A stretch of DNA of 63,256 bases, the filler included, from Reticulomyxa filosa (lineage: Eukaryota; Protista; Foraminifera), in the NCBI GenBank assembly GCA_000512085.1. It is 20 parts of 20 records of this genome, joined end to end, with 100 filler letters (N's around TTAATTAATTAA, not from the genome) between each part and the next. Parts side by side here need not be neighbours in the genome. Positions count along the whole stretch, not along the records: positions 1 to 3,235 come from ASPP01022141.1; positions 3,336 to 7,406 come from ASPP01013373.1; positions 7,507 to 8,832 come from ASPP01010808.1; positions 8,933 to 10,306 come from ASPP01024151.1; positions 10,407 to 11,704 come from ASPP01044789.1; 15 more parts are not named here. One strand, 5' to 3'. The notes below the pieces were generated by a model, which searched no databases, had not been told where the DNA came from, and worked only from the letters and a program-made list of their open reading frames with translations. Shown here piece after piece: positions 1-11,704 of the stretch (the stretch's first letter is position 1; each line of letters opens with the position of its first letter). The translations under genes were made by a program, and so were the position numbers.

Positions 1-632
1 AGAAATAGAAAACCTCCAAAGACATCGGCGCGATTTCCGGTGAAGGAAGAGTTTTCGATGAGCCAACTTTGTGAGGCAAGGAACATGGCACCACCGGACA
101 GGAAGGCGCGATTGTAATTGAAGACTGAATTTCGAACGATGGTAGAAAAGTTGAGTTCCATGATGACACCGCCGGAGGTGAGAGCAGTGTTGTTGACGAA
201 GAGCGAGTTGTCGATGAGCGCATAGTTGACATCGTTCAAACTGAGCACGCCTACCATTTTGGCATGACTGTTAGAAAAGGTGCAGTTGGTAATGGAAAAG
301 GAACCCTCATTGAAGCGAATGGCGCCTCCTTCAAATTCGGCCGTGTTATTATTAAATACCGAGTTGATAATCTTAGTTTGAATGATCGTGTGCCACGACG
401 TTTCGGGCGTGTTGGCAAAGTAGATGGCCCCTCCGTCGGCGGAATAGCAGTTTTCGAATCGCGAGCTTCGAATGACGATGGCCGAGGAGGAGATGATGGC
501 GATAGCACCTCCGCCATCGGTGGCGCTGTTATTAACTAATCTGACCGCAGTGAGTTTGGCATTTTTAATATTTTCCAGTAAAAGTGCGCCCCCCATTCGA
601 ACATTCAGTTGTTTATGATTTTGATTGGACAT
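1..632 (-). CDS. Polymorphic membrane protein (Pmp/POMP)-repeat, right-handed beta-helix protein; 3'-truncated by the window edge
   Basis: Manual translation gives an open frame from ATG 632 to position 1 that is absent from the ORF track (no stop): ...VNNSATDGGGAIAI...FENCYSADGGAIYF...FNNNTAEFEGGAIRF...FVNNTALTSGGVI...FNYNRAFLSGGAMF...FTGNRADVFGG. These are repeated FxxN and GGA(I/M) motifs. Confidence 0.85.
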   Translation of the reverse strand, partial: MSNQNHKQLNVRMGGALLLENIKNAKLTAVRLVNNSATDGGGAIAIISSSAIVIRSSRFENCYSADGGAIYFANTPETSWHTIIQTKIINSVFNNNTAEFEGGAIRFNEGSFSITNCTFSNSHAKMVGVLSLNDVNYALIDNSLFVNNTALTSGGVIMELNFSTIVRNSVFNYNRAFLSGGAMFLASQSWLIENSSFTGNRADVFGGFLF

Positions 633-902
633 GGTCCAAAGTCAGAGTCTGAGATACTTGACTGACTCGAACACGGCAACGGAGTAATTCATGTAATACA
701 TTCGATTAAATCAACTTAACATATAATATCATTTTTTAAAAAAAAATTCTAGGGTACCTGTTTCACAGTCAAATTTTTTTTTTGTTCAAGTTTGTCAAGT
801 AATTTATCGTTACAATGGTATCAGTCCCGGAAACACTTGTAATGTCTTTGAAAACTAATAAATAAATAAATACGTTTGTCCACTCTATGTACCTTGTTAC
901 AG

Positions 903-1436
903 GCTGCTTGGGAATGGAATGACAAAAAAGGTGTTTGGCATCCTTATGACAAGAAAGTATGTGAAATACTTGAAATATTACCAGTTGGTGCTCAGTTAAT
1001 TTAATATAAATTTTATTTATTGCTTTGACAATATTTATATTTTTATTATAGACTGAAATTAAAGTATGTTCAAGAACATACATACTTAAAATTGAATCGC
1101 GAAATTGTGGTATTCAAAAAAATACCAAAACTCGTGCAATCTATAAAATAAGACGAGTACAAAAAAGTTAATTACTTATAATTTTTGTATATCTTCTTTT
1201 ATTTGATAAAGCTTGTAAATATAGATTGTATCCAAGAAAAAGAAAATGAATCAGCTGAATACACAGCAAAGTTGTGCATTATATGTAATACAGAATTACG
1301 TGCATATATTTTTTCGCATTGCAACCATTGTTGCCTGTGCTTCGTTTGCTGCCAAAACTTATTTGAGCAGCAAAATATCAAATGCCCGATTTGCCGAAGA
1401 CAAATCGATCAAGCTGACCGAGTATTCCTTTCATAA
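903..1436 (+). CDS. WWE-domain + C-terminal C3HC4 RING E3 ubiquitin ligase (spliced; 5' exons uncertain)
   Basis: Exon from 903 reads AAWEWNDKKGVWHPYDKKVCEILE. Exon 1052-1166 reads TEIKVCSRTYILKIESRNCGIQKNTKTRAIYKIRRVQK (WWE C-terminal part). GT-AG intron 1167-1224 joins in frame to CIIC...CNHCCLCFVC...CPICRRQI (IAP/MDM2-type RING). Donor of the first intron is uncertain (984 fits the frame). Confidence 0.75.
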
Positions 1437-1829
1437 GTTTTTTAATATTGTCGTATTGTTTTAATTTTGCACTTATATGAAAAACATTTTACTTAAAAAA
1501 AAGCCAAATATATCCTTCAAATTAATTAATTAATTAAAACATAATGTCAATTATGATATCTTTTGCAACTAACAGCAAAAACAAAACTAAAATTAACATT
1601 TATACATGTGAAAAAACCGATAAATGATTAATCTTTTTCCAACATTAAACTCTCAATTCCAGGCTCTCGACGTTTGCACAATTCAATACAAAACAAACAC
1701 AAATGATATCAATCACACTATTTATTAAAAACCTTTTTGAAATAGTCTTCGCAACTGGATTTGAACCAAAGGGCAAATGAAAAAGAGCAATTGGAAAGAG
1801 AATGATAAAATATCTCTTTTTTTGTAAAT

Positions 1830-1861
1830 ATAATAATAATAATAATTATTATTATTATTAT
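1830..1861. repeat. (AAT)n/(ATT)n perfect 32-bp palindrome
   Basis: ataataataataataa|ttattattattattat is self-complementary around 1845/1846. Confidence 0.9.
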
Positions 1862-1880
1862 TATATCACATAAAAAAAAA

Positions 1881-2186
1881 GACCAATTTGAGACACTAGT
1901 TGGAACAAAGCATACAACGAACGAAGACATTGGAGGACCAAATAGAGATGTTGTGAACGAATATAGAGCGCGAGAGGGGGACATAAAGAGGAAGTTGAAC
2001 GAGAGCACCGAAAAAATGACGGCGGAAATATAGCAACGTTACGCCGATTTGATCAACGACTACAAACAAAAACTGGCCGACTTGCAAACAGCAATGGATG
2101 AACTCAAGGCGTCCGCCACTTCCTATGACATTCCTCGCTTGGAACAAAAGATAGAGCAATTGGAAACTGATGCTATGACATATTAA
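1881..2186 (+). pseudogene. Coiled-coil protein terminal exon with in-frame stop
   Basis: DQFETLV...EKMTAEI*QRYADLINDYKQKLADLQTAMDELK...MTY*. TAG at 2031-2033. A poly-A/AG acceptor lies just upstream. Confidence 0.4.
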
Positions 2187-2297
2187 AAATCCATCACAGT
2201 TCATTTTTTTTTTTTTTCCTCCCCAAAGTATTCAAATCACTTTTTAATTGAGTCATTTCAGATAATTCTTTTTCAATTTCAACGTTTTTTGATAAAA

Positions 2298-3235
2298 ATT
2301 ATTGTTTTGTACGTTTGAGATCTTGTTCTAATTTAACAAGTAAATTCATTTTCGCTTCAAATGCTATCTTTATATCTAATAATTTTTGTTGAAAAAGATC
2401 CATTGATAACTTTGTCTCCTCAAATGAAGCTTCTAATTTGCACACATCTGCTATTTTTTTTATCGTCGGTACCGACTATTTAGGTTAAAAACGATACTCT
2501 TTTTTTTTTTTTAACATGACAAATAATTTACTTTTATTCATAGTTGCAGCATTAGAAGGAAGTACATTTGTTGGCAAAGTAGCAGGGCTTTGCATAATTT
2601 CTGTGTTTGTAATAATTTGAATTATTGCTGGTTGTGAATGTTGTTTTTGTGGGGAATGTGCATAACTTTCTTCTTCGCTAATCCCTTCTTGATTTTCACT
2701 TTCATGAGCATTTTGAAGAGGGATAGCAACACTTGTGTCTGTAAAATAGATAAGTCAGATTTATTCATGAACTTGAGAATGGTGTTCAATTTGATTTTGC
2801 CTAGTCTGAGTTTTTTAAATTTTTTTTGTATACTTTTTTGAATATAATTTAATTTTTTTCAATCAAAAAAAAGAAAAAAACAAGCAAATCTATGTGATGC
2901 AATATTTGAATTAATTATGACATTTTCAGCAATCATAGTTTACACTTGGTTTTGTCATCGTGCATTACGTTTAACTCAGTGGAGAGTACTTGATCAGTTT
3001 CTTTTTCAATTTCTTGCACAAAGTCATTATCGATATTTTTATCAAAAGAGTGTTTTATCCCATTTATCAACATTGACTTGACAATACTCCACATTTTTGA
3101 TTTGTTTTTACCTCAGTCTGTATCACGAATTTTGCTGATAGATTTAATAAATTGCAAAATTTCATTAGTTGGGTTTGCCTCTAAATGTTCATTTCCAGAC
3201 AACAATAGATTATCAGTATTTAAAGTGACTTGAAA
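2298..3235 (-). pseudogene. 3' part of a hypothetical multi-exon protein with C-terminal coiled coil, probably decayed
   Basis: Exon-like blocks TSVAIPLQNAHESENQ... and ...KLEASFEETKLSMDLFQQKLLDIK...RTKQ*. In-frame TGA in the most upstream block. Confidence 0.3.
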
Positions 3236-3335
3236 NNNNNNNNNNNNNNNNNNNNNNNNNNNNNNNNNNNNNNNNNNNNTTAATTAATTAANNNNNNNNN
3301 NNNNNNNNNNNNNNNNNNNNNNNNNNNNNNNNNNN
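3236..3335. other. Artificial contig-joining spacer (first of 19)
   Basis: 44 N + TTAATTAATTAA (stops in all six frames) + 44 N. Identical spacers start at 3236, 7407, 8833, 10307, 11705, 14625, 16212, 17394, 18977, 20077, 26868, 30714, 32698, 38037, 43119, 44736, 56103, 58183 and 59380. Confidence 0.99.
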
Positions 3336-3404
3336 TTGTTTGCTTGCTTGCTTGCTTGTTGCAAGTGCAACAAAATCCTCAACGAAAGTCATATTGAATG
3401 ATAG

Positions 3405-5715
3405 GTGACAAAGGCAGTTAGCTCCGTTCACGTGTCCTCACAATGGTCTCCACAACCACTCGATCGCACGCGCACCGAACCGGACATCCAACGGGGAGTG
3501 ACGTCGATCGAGCCGATGAAAACGACAATGGATGACACGATCATATCCATGCAAACCTCGCTGGTGGAGGAGGACGAAGAAAACGACGGCGAAGAGGAAA
3601 GCCATCGCGTGTTCAAAAGTGGTCGCATGTATATAATGATCTACTATGAAAAGGCCACGGTGTTTGGCACGAGCACTTTATCCGACGCCGATATCCAATT
3701 AAGACGAACGGAGAAATTGAAACTACTTCCCGAAATCGAACCCTCGCTTCCTATTCGATTGTATTTGGCCACTTACAATTGTGGTATGTATGTGTGTGTG
3801 TGTGTGGATGTACATTCAAAAAAAAAAAAAAATTATTCCTTGTCAAGATTATACGTATACGTTTATCCATCAAAAAAAAAAAAAAAAAAAGGTAATGCTC
3901 CATTGAAATCGTTATTTGATTGGCTGCCGTTGTCCGACGAAATTGACATGTACGTGCTAGGTTTCCAAGAGTGCAAACCACACAATCGAAAAGACAAAGA
4001 CACACAAAAAGAAAAAGACACTGAAGAAAAAGAATTGGAAGAAAAAGCAGTAGAAACTGCGTCGAACCAACGGCAAATTGAAGCGATCTTGTCCGCGCAT
4101 CTTGGGGAGTCGTACGTTAGCTTGGCCAATTGCAACATGTGGCAAATAAGGCTCTTCATTTTCGTTAAACAAATTCACGAGTCCAAAGTCAGTGGCATAA
4201 CGATGCATCATCAGCCCACTGGCGTTGGTGGCGTTGGGAAAAACAAGGGTGGTGTGGCCGTTTCCTTTGACTTTGAAGGCGTTTCCATGTGCTTTGTTTC
4301 CTCGCATTTGGCTGCACATTTTAGCAAAGTCCAAAATCGAAACAATGATTACAAACATTTGTGCAAAGGACTTCGGTTTTGTTGTTTTTTTTAAAAAAAA
4401 AAAAAACAAATATCTTTTTTCTGACATTATAAACTCTGTTGAATACACACATATGCACATATTTATATATGTACGTATATATATTTTTTTGCTTGTGGAT
4501 CAATTTATACGTTACTTTGGAAAAAAAGAGTTGGGATGCCGAAACGTGAACTATTGGCACAATTTCATCACTTGTTTTGGGTGGGAGATCTAAATTATCG
4601 AATAAATTGGCAACCCGATGAAGATACGAAATTGGCTCATAAAGACAATTGTGATCCCGAAATTTTTGGGGCATTTCAATCGCACTTGAATGAAAAAACC
4701 TTAAAGAATGTTTTAAAAGATGATCAGTTGGTTACTTCAATGATTGATCTCAAAGCTTTTGTTGGCTTTCGAGAGCCTGATCTAAGGTTCTTACCAACTT
4801 TTAAAGTAGAAAAAACTCCGGGACTTCACTATAATGTATGTTATACATATGCACATATATGTACATATGTGTTTTATTCGAAACAATTTCGTTGTTTGTT
4901 GAAATTCATCCAGCCATCCAGGTTACCTGCTTGGTGCGATCGAATATTATATCGATCTGCAGCAATAGTGAACCCTCCCAAGGTACTCTCGTACAGTGCT
5001 TTGCCAAATGTTCCTCATTCGGACCACAAACCAGTGGAATCGCATATGAATATAGAAATTTGGAATCGACCATCCGGGATTGATGATTCTATTAGCCAAG
5101 CTGTTTTACATTTTCAGGATTGTAGTGCGGAGGGATTATTGGCCGCTGATGTTTCAGGTTTTTTTTTGTTTTGGGTTTTGGTTTTTGTTTGTTGGAATTT
5201 ATTGTTTCTTTTTTTTGGTTCATTTTCAGGCACTAGTGATCCTTATTTGCATTGGCCTAAGCAACCATTACTTGAGAAACCAAGCAACTCTCGTCGCAAA
5301 AACAAAGTAAGAAAATCTGTTTCCAATTTTTGTAGGAGATATTGCATGTTAAACAATAAATTATGTTTCGTTATAGACACTCCACCCCGAATGGAATGAC
5401 AGTCGGGATTTTGAGCCATTGCTATTGTTACGCAACAGTATTGCATTCATGACTAAGGCACTACTGTTTCTTGAAATGCGAGACCATGATCATCTCAGCA
5501 AAGATGAATTGATTGGTCAGGGTTATTTGCCTTTGGCACCTGCACTTGACAATATTGGCAAATGGCAATATTTTGAAGTCGAGTTAACGTTTTCGGGATT
5601 GTATGCTGGCAAATTTCAAGGACGTTATAAGATTGTCATCAATGATGAGAGTTCTAAAACTGACGATAACAAAGCAGCAAAGAAAATAAAAAAGAGCAAA
5701 GTGAAGACGACTTAA
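3405..5715 (+). CDS. Inositol polyphosphate 5-phosphatase (IPPc) with C-terminal C2 domain; 5'-truncated
   Basis: Motifs ATYNCGN, VLGFQEC, NKGGVAVSF, SSHLAAH, FWVGDLNYRI, PTFK, PAWCDRILY, SDHKPV. C2 motifs GLLAADVSGTSDPYL, TLHPEWN, RDHDHLSKDELIG. Five in-frame GT-AG introns (e.g. 3784-3891, 4376-4528). Confidence 0.95.
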
Positions 5716-7569
5716 TCAAAAATTCCAAGAATCTCAAAAGTCACAGGAGATTATTTGGAGGCAACATTTTGTAAATAATGCAACAACAAAAAACATTCTT
5801 TTCTTTTTTTTTCCTTTTTTGCATGGAAGTATTTCATTTTGTGTTCACAACCACTGTTTTTAGCCTAATAAAACTTTTCGGGAATTACAACTCATCTCGA
5901 TCTCACAAGAAATTGACTTTAAACAGTGTTTTGAGTCGCCAAAATTTCCATCAAATTTATTTTAAATTCTGTTTATCACTTTGGTTATCAGAATGCAAAA
6001 AAGATTTTGAACTTTATTTATTTGTTTTTTTGTGACTGGAAATAATGTATAATTAAAAAAACTTTTAATTGATTGGTGTAGTAAGCTCAAGTACAGAAGT
6101 TGTAAGTGTAATACGCATATGCTTTTACTGATAGCTAATCTAATAAGACACTGTTTATCATATAATCTTTTAATATTATGTTGAAATATAACTAACTCAT
6201 TAATTGTTCATATTCTAAATTGACAGTTTCGTATTCGTTATATATATTGTAGTATCCTTTATATCGCAAAGTAATGTCAATGATTAGATTATTAGTTCCA
6301 AATTCTACTATTTTTTGTAGTTTTGCAATTTCTGAAGCAGCTTATTTAACTAAAAAAATTTTTTTTACAAAATTTAATGTTATTTTCAAAGTTTGTATAT
6401 TGTATAATCCAAACAAGTCAAGTTAATTTAAAAGCATAAAAACTAATTTTTTTGGTGGTAAGATTGTTTTTAATGAAAATTACAATTTTGTTAAATCACT
6501 TTTTGCATTGGATACTGCTTGTATTTTTTCTGGAATTGATTTTATTAAATTTGTGCATGTTTTTTTGTCATTTTTTACATTCTAATTCAATTGTTTCAGG
6601 ATTTCTTCTTTCGATCAAAATGGTCTATTTTTGAATATTTTCATTTTCACTATCAACTACATATTTTCGATTTGCTTCAGGTCTGAAGAATTTAAAGTGA
6701 AATTCAAACTTCGATAGCGTTTTGTTTAAATCTTTTTTTGCTGTAATTTCTTTGTGACTAGTGGTATTATCTTGCTGAATTATACAATTTCCATTATCTT
6801 CTAAACACCAATTAATGCTTTCTTAGCACTTCATCACATAGAATTTCTTTGTAAAAATTTGCAATTACACATCAATTAATGTTACACGCATAAACAGGTC
6901 CTAACACTCTCACACATTATGCTTACAATGCTAATTTTTGATGTTTTTATGATAAACGTCAGCTTCCATTTATACATTTATGACTTCATAAAATTGTTTT
7001 GAAACTTTGAGCAAACTATAGCACTTACGCAACAGCTCAACAGCAAGTCTTTTGTTAAAATTCTCAATCCTTTCAATTTAAAAAAGTTTCTCATTGGACT
7101 TGCCACTCTTTCGTTTGCGAGGGTGGAACGTCACTCTCTTTGATCCACCTCTTTTATATCATGTTTTAATTTTTCTTCTTATCTTTTGTTATTCGAAAGT
7201 ATTTTACAAACTTGCAATTCTAGCCTTATTTTGATCTTTCCCTTCTGCTCTCTTACTCTTTAAAAAAACTTAATTGCTTTGGATGTAAAAAAAAAAAAAT
7301 TAACTACGCACTGATGATAAGAATATCCATATTGGAATGCAATTTGGAACAATGAAAATAATAAAAAGTAAGATTACTTATTATATTTTTATTTCTTTTT
7401 TAAACTNNNNNNNNNNNNNNNNNNNNNNNNNNNNNNNNNNNNNNNNNNNNTTAATTAATTAANNNNNNNNNNNNNNNNNNNNNNNNNNNNNNNNNNNNNN
7501 NNNNNNTTTTTTTTTTTTTTTTTTTTTGCATTGATTAAAAAAAAAAAAAATGAAAACATTTTCTTTTCT

Positions 7570-7780
7570 TACCTCGCTTTCAACCGATTGTTGAACAAGA
7601 TCTTTAATCACTGATTCAATATTTCCATTATGAAATTCCATTTTTTGTCGTAAATACTCTCTGTTAATTGTATCGCCAAACAGTCGAAGCAATGCCTTCA
7701 TTTCTTTCGTGTACTTTTGAGTTTCGTCATTAAGCTATATCGAATGTATCATTGAAGACGTTGTTTCATTACAACAAGCA
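7570..7780 (-). CDS. Short helical CUE/UBA-like N-terminal module of an expanded protein family (fragment)
   Basis: EMKALLRLFGDTINREYLRQKMEFHNGNIESVIKDLVQQSVESE, followed by a GTAAG donor. The contig ends in the intron. Confidence 0.4.
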
Positions 7781-9942
7781 CTGCATATTATTGCCCACCA
7801 AAAAAAAAAACAAATCAAAACAAATAAAGTACAAATGTAGCTCATTCAAAAAGATTCATGCATAGATGAAACCAACTTCAAGTCTGTCCGTTTCGTTGTC
7901 TGTCTCGTAGTCGTTTTTTTCCCGAAAATAACGTATTTTTTTGTGCAAAAATAATAAGTGTGTACATGAACATTCGCAAAGGCAAAAAAAAAGAAAGTTC
8001 TTTTTTATTAATAACGTAAAAAAAAAAAAAGCTTTTACCGAATTGCATCTTGAGGGAAAGCAATGTTTAGAATAAAGGTTATCTAGCCGCACAAATGCGA
8101 CAATGAACGGGCCCTTTTATTTGGAAAAATTCCCTGGGCCAGTTGAACAAAAGGGTACTTAATCGCACTACGTCCCAAAAGTACAAACTGTGAAGTATTG
8201 TTCATAGTGGAAAAATATATCGGTGAAGAAGGTATTTGGTTTAAGGTGATGTCTTGGTGTTGTACTTCGTATACAAAGAAAACAAAATTAAAAATCGTAA
8301 CAGTTTTATGAAGTAAGTCATTCTCACATTTGAGTATTGGTAATGTTGGCCTCAAAGGCGCAATGTGGCTTGGGTTAAAACCCTGCTTACTTTTATCATT
8401 TGTTATTTACGACGCTTCCTCATAATGGAAACACTTTTTTTTTTTTTTGCAAAGGTCCATGTATTCCCCTGTTTCTTTATACGTAGAATAGTCCCTACAA
8501 TTAATTAACAGAACCCCAACGCCAACCAAGAACAACAAGACATTTCCATATTCAAGCATTTTTTTGTTTTACAGAGGAAGCAAGTGATGTCCTTTTTGTA
8601 ACACACCCGTTATTTTGCCAATATTGTGATGGTGTCCAAAAAAATATACTTTTGAAAACACGATAATCCCAATAAAAAAACGAAGGGAAAAAAAAGGATC
8701 GAGCAAGTGATAAAGTACTATTGATCATGATTATTGAAAAGTGAAGAAAGATAGAGGACGGAATTTTTTTTTTTTTGGGGTTAATACTTTTTTTTTTTTT
8801 TTTAGATAAGTTTATGTTCAAATTTAAACTTTNNNNNNNNNNNNNNNNNNNNNNNNNNNNNNNNNNNNNNNNNNNNTTAATTAATTAANNNNNNNNNNNN
8901 NNNNNNNNNNNNNNNNNNNNNNNNNNNNNNNNTCTCTCTCTTTCCCCCCCCCCTTCTTCCATCCCTCTTTTTATTCTTTTCTACACTATTTTTTCTTTCC
9001 AAAAAAAAAAAAGCCATCTTCTGCCACAACTCAAGCCATCACTCACTCCATTTCTACAAAAAAAAACGAGTGAGTTGGCAGTGTAACCTTGGAGTGGAGG
9101 GGCAAAAATAAGCAACAGTTAAATAACTGATACTGAACACGTATACACATATACATATACATATATTGCAAACAATACCCCATTGTGAATTTATTTGTAT
9201 TAGCATCTCGCTCAGTACTTTTGGCAGTTTATTATACTTTTATCTTTGTTTATTTCTATTTTTATTATTATTTTATCTTTTTTTGTTTTATTTGGTGGTG
9301 TTGTTTGTGTGCTGTGACTACGTACAACTGAGGGCACCAAACCACAAACAAAAAAAACTTTGTTTTGTTTATTCATTTGGGCTACCCTCTTCTTGTTTTC
9401 TAACGTGTCTGTTCGAAATACTCAAATTCCAATATTATGGAATCTGATTTGAGAATAAAACACATATCAAATATTACTATAAGGGCGGAGGGCAAGAATA
9501 TAAACAAAAAAACCTGAGCCATCAGTCAAAAGGTTTTTTTGCTCTTATTTTTTTTTGTAAAGTTGACCAAAATAAAAGACTGAGTTTTTTTTCTTCCATT
9601 GTTTTGTTTTCGTTGGTTTTTTTTTGTTTGATCTTATTTTGTTGTGTTGAGAGGGGAAAGATGACGGACATAAAGTTTTCTTTTTTCCCCATTTGATGCT
9701 ATCTCTGGCTTTATTTTTTTTTTTTCAACAAAATCTTTGGCTATTCGCAATTTTTTTCTCGCGCCTGAATGTTGTCTGCCGTTTTGAAGGAAAAAATGAG
9801 ATTGGTATATTTTTTGTTTTTTGGCTGGTGCTTCGAAGAATGTTGTGCACACCAACACGTGAAAAGGGAGGCGGTACCTGTTTAGAGGAATTTGAATTCC
9901 TAATTTAAAATTGATTCAAACCTCAGAAACTAAGGTTGAAAT

Positions 9943-10197
9943 ATGGACGATTTGGAAAAGTTGAGCCATTCGGAATTGATAAAAAAGTATCTGGAAGAAA
10001 AAGAGAGTCTAAATGAACGCACAGCTGACTTAGTCAAAGCCAGGACAAAGATAGCACAATTGGAGGAGTCATTACGGCAATTGCTTTGCAAATGTGGGGC
10101 ATCGACAACACTAGACAAATCACGAGACGGCACTCCTCTTGACAATGTTAAAAACTCATTTTTTTTTTGTTCGTCCTTGCAGCTTCGTCAACATTGA
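9943..10197 (+). CDS. Hypothetical coiled-coil protein, 5' exon
   Basis: MDDLEKLSHSELIKKYLEEKESLNERTADLVKARTKIAQLEESLRQLL heptad pattern. Downstream splicing unresolved; contig ends in poly-T. Confidence 0.45.
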   Translation: MDDLEKLSHSELIKKYLEEKESLNERTADLVKARTKIAQLEESLRQLLCKCGASTTLDKSRDGTPLDNVKNSFFFCSSLQLRQH

Positions 10198-10619
10198 AAA
10201 GATTAAAGAGACAACGAGTGTAAAGATAGTGACTTTGAAAGATCCAAAAAAAATTTTTTTTTTTTTTTGTGTTCCCTTTGGTTTTTTTTTTTTTTTTTTT
10301 TTTTTTNNNNNNNNNNNNNNNNNNNNNNNNNNNNNNNNNNNNNNNNNNNNTTAATTAATTAANNNNNNNNNNNNNNNNNNNNNNNNNNNNNNNNNNNNNN
10401 NNNNNNTCTTTGCTTATTGACACTTTTTTGTATTTTTTGCATGTTCATCTATGTCGTCAACACTTCTGATGCAACGTTTTTGAAATACAAGGCCAAAATA
10501 ACGGCCACAGCTGACAATTATTTGATCTTTCGTAAACGTTGTTTGAATTTTATGTATGTGTCGATCATTACAATATTATCTTGACAATTTTCAGTTTGTG
10601 TATTCGATATAGCTTAACA

Positions 10620-11653
10620 ATCACCTTACATTGCATTTGGTGGATTCGCTAAATCCTATCAAACCTTGGTGCTGCTTTTCCAAATGTTTTCTCAAAAAAA
10701 AAAAATCTGTGAAAATTCGGGACTTGGCTTTTTAACATTGACATTCAATGAAATAGTGTGTTCAATTGATATCAACACGTTCATCAAAATGTGATTGCGA
10801 AACACTGCTGAAGGCGTGTAAATGCAATTTTAGTCAATATTTTGGGCGCGTTTGTATCAAACAATCGAACAAGCAGCTGTAACATGTCAACATTCAATAA
10901 AATTATATTCAAATGCATAGGTGCATTGGATTTGATAAAAGGAATGTCGACAACATTCACGTAGGATGTCTACTGAAGATTTGATTGTAGTATTGATTAG
11001 TCGTTCCTTTACTAAGTCTGATTCTAGAAATGGATGGTTCTGTCACTGACAAAGTGGTGGCATATGAAATGGACAGGTGTTTGATGTATTGCATTTAGCA
11101 AGTCTGTTTGGTCTTTGCAATAATGGATCAAATGGCCGATTGATTTTTCAACTGACGATCCAATAATAGTTTGCCATGATCGTAGCGATTTGTAACGCAA
11201 AGTTATCATTTCTTGGCAAAAATCGACACAAGTTCATTCGAATACAAGAGCGTCAATTTTGCCGACAAGAAATAATTACAGATGCAGCTAATTTATCATG
11301 ACATCATTGGAGAGCATATGGCAGTTTCAAAATAAACATAGAGTGCTAGTTTCACTTGGGATACCCTTTTCCAACCAATTCCTACAAATCGGATTGATGA
11401 CATTAATTTGGTCTATGATGTCCAATGTGGTTCCTTTTTCTTTTTCTCATTGTCTCATACTCTTCTTAGTGTTATAGTTTTGTTCAAATGATCGTTGGAG
11501 CCTAAATCGCGGCACGACGCATTTTGATTTGCATTTGGCGAGCTGATATCTTTTCATCTTTTTTTTTCGGGTAATTTCCGCCTTGCTTTTTAAATAAGCA
11601 ATTCTCCAAATTTTTGGTGCTGTTTTTCAAACACATTGAATGTTTTCCAAAGC
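10620..11653 (-). pseudogene. Heavily degraded coding-like sequence abutting the telomeric array
   Basis: Short protein-like blocks (EKEKGTTLDIIDQINVINPICRNWLEKGIP; MITLRYKSLRSWQTIIG...) broken by many stops and frameshifts. Confidence 0.35.
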
Positions 11654-11704
11654 CTTAGGGCTTAGGGCTTAGGGCTTAGGGCTTAGGGCTTAGGGCTTAG
11701 GGCT
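11654..11704 (+). repeat. Telomere-like array (CTTAGGG)7+
   Basis: Seven perfect CTTAGGG units plus CT run to the contig end. The G-rich strand points 5'->3' toward the end. Confidence 0.9.

Noticed and set aside
251-539. ORF-track proteins 251..517 (-) and 264..539 (+)
   Set aside because: Shadow frames of the Pmp-repeat ORF, which lies in another minus-strand frame.
984-1051. Non-canonical splice donor in the WWE gene
   Set aside because: A canonical GT at 984 restores the frame, and all introns in MSH2, FKBP and IPPc resolve as GT-AG.
2031-2033. Stop-codon reassignment (TAG/TAA read as Gln) suggested by in-frame stops at 2031 and near 14456
   Set aside because: Conserved genes (MSH2, IPPc, CCCH-MTase, TLDc) have no internal stops and end in TAA. 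The stops occur in regions that otherwise look decayed.
3280-3291. Recurrent TTAATTAATTAA palindrome between N-runs as a biological repeat or CRISPR-like array
   Set aside because: It is an exact 44N-12-44N spacer with stops in all six frames, i.e. an assembly concatenation artifact. ORFs containing X are also artifacts.
5778-9908. Numerous Phe/Lys-rich short ORFs in the track
   Set aside because: They are translations of poly-T/poly-A intergenic or intronic DNA with no domain signal.
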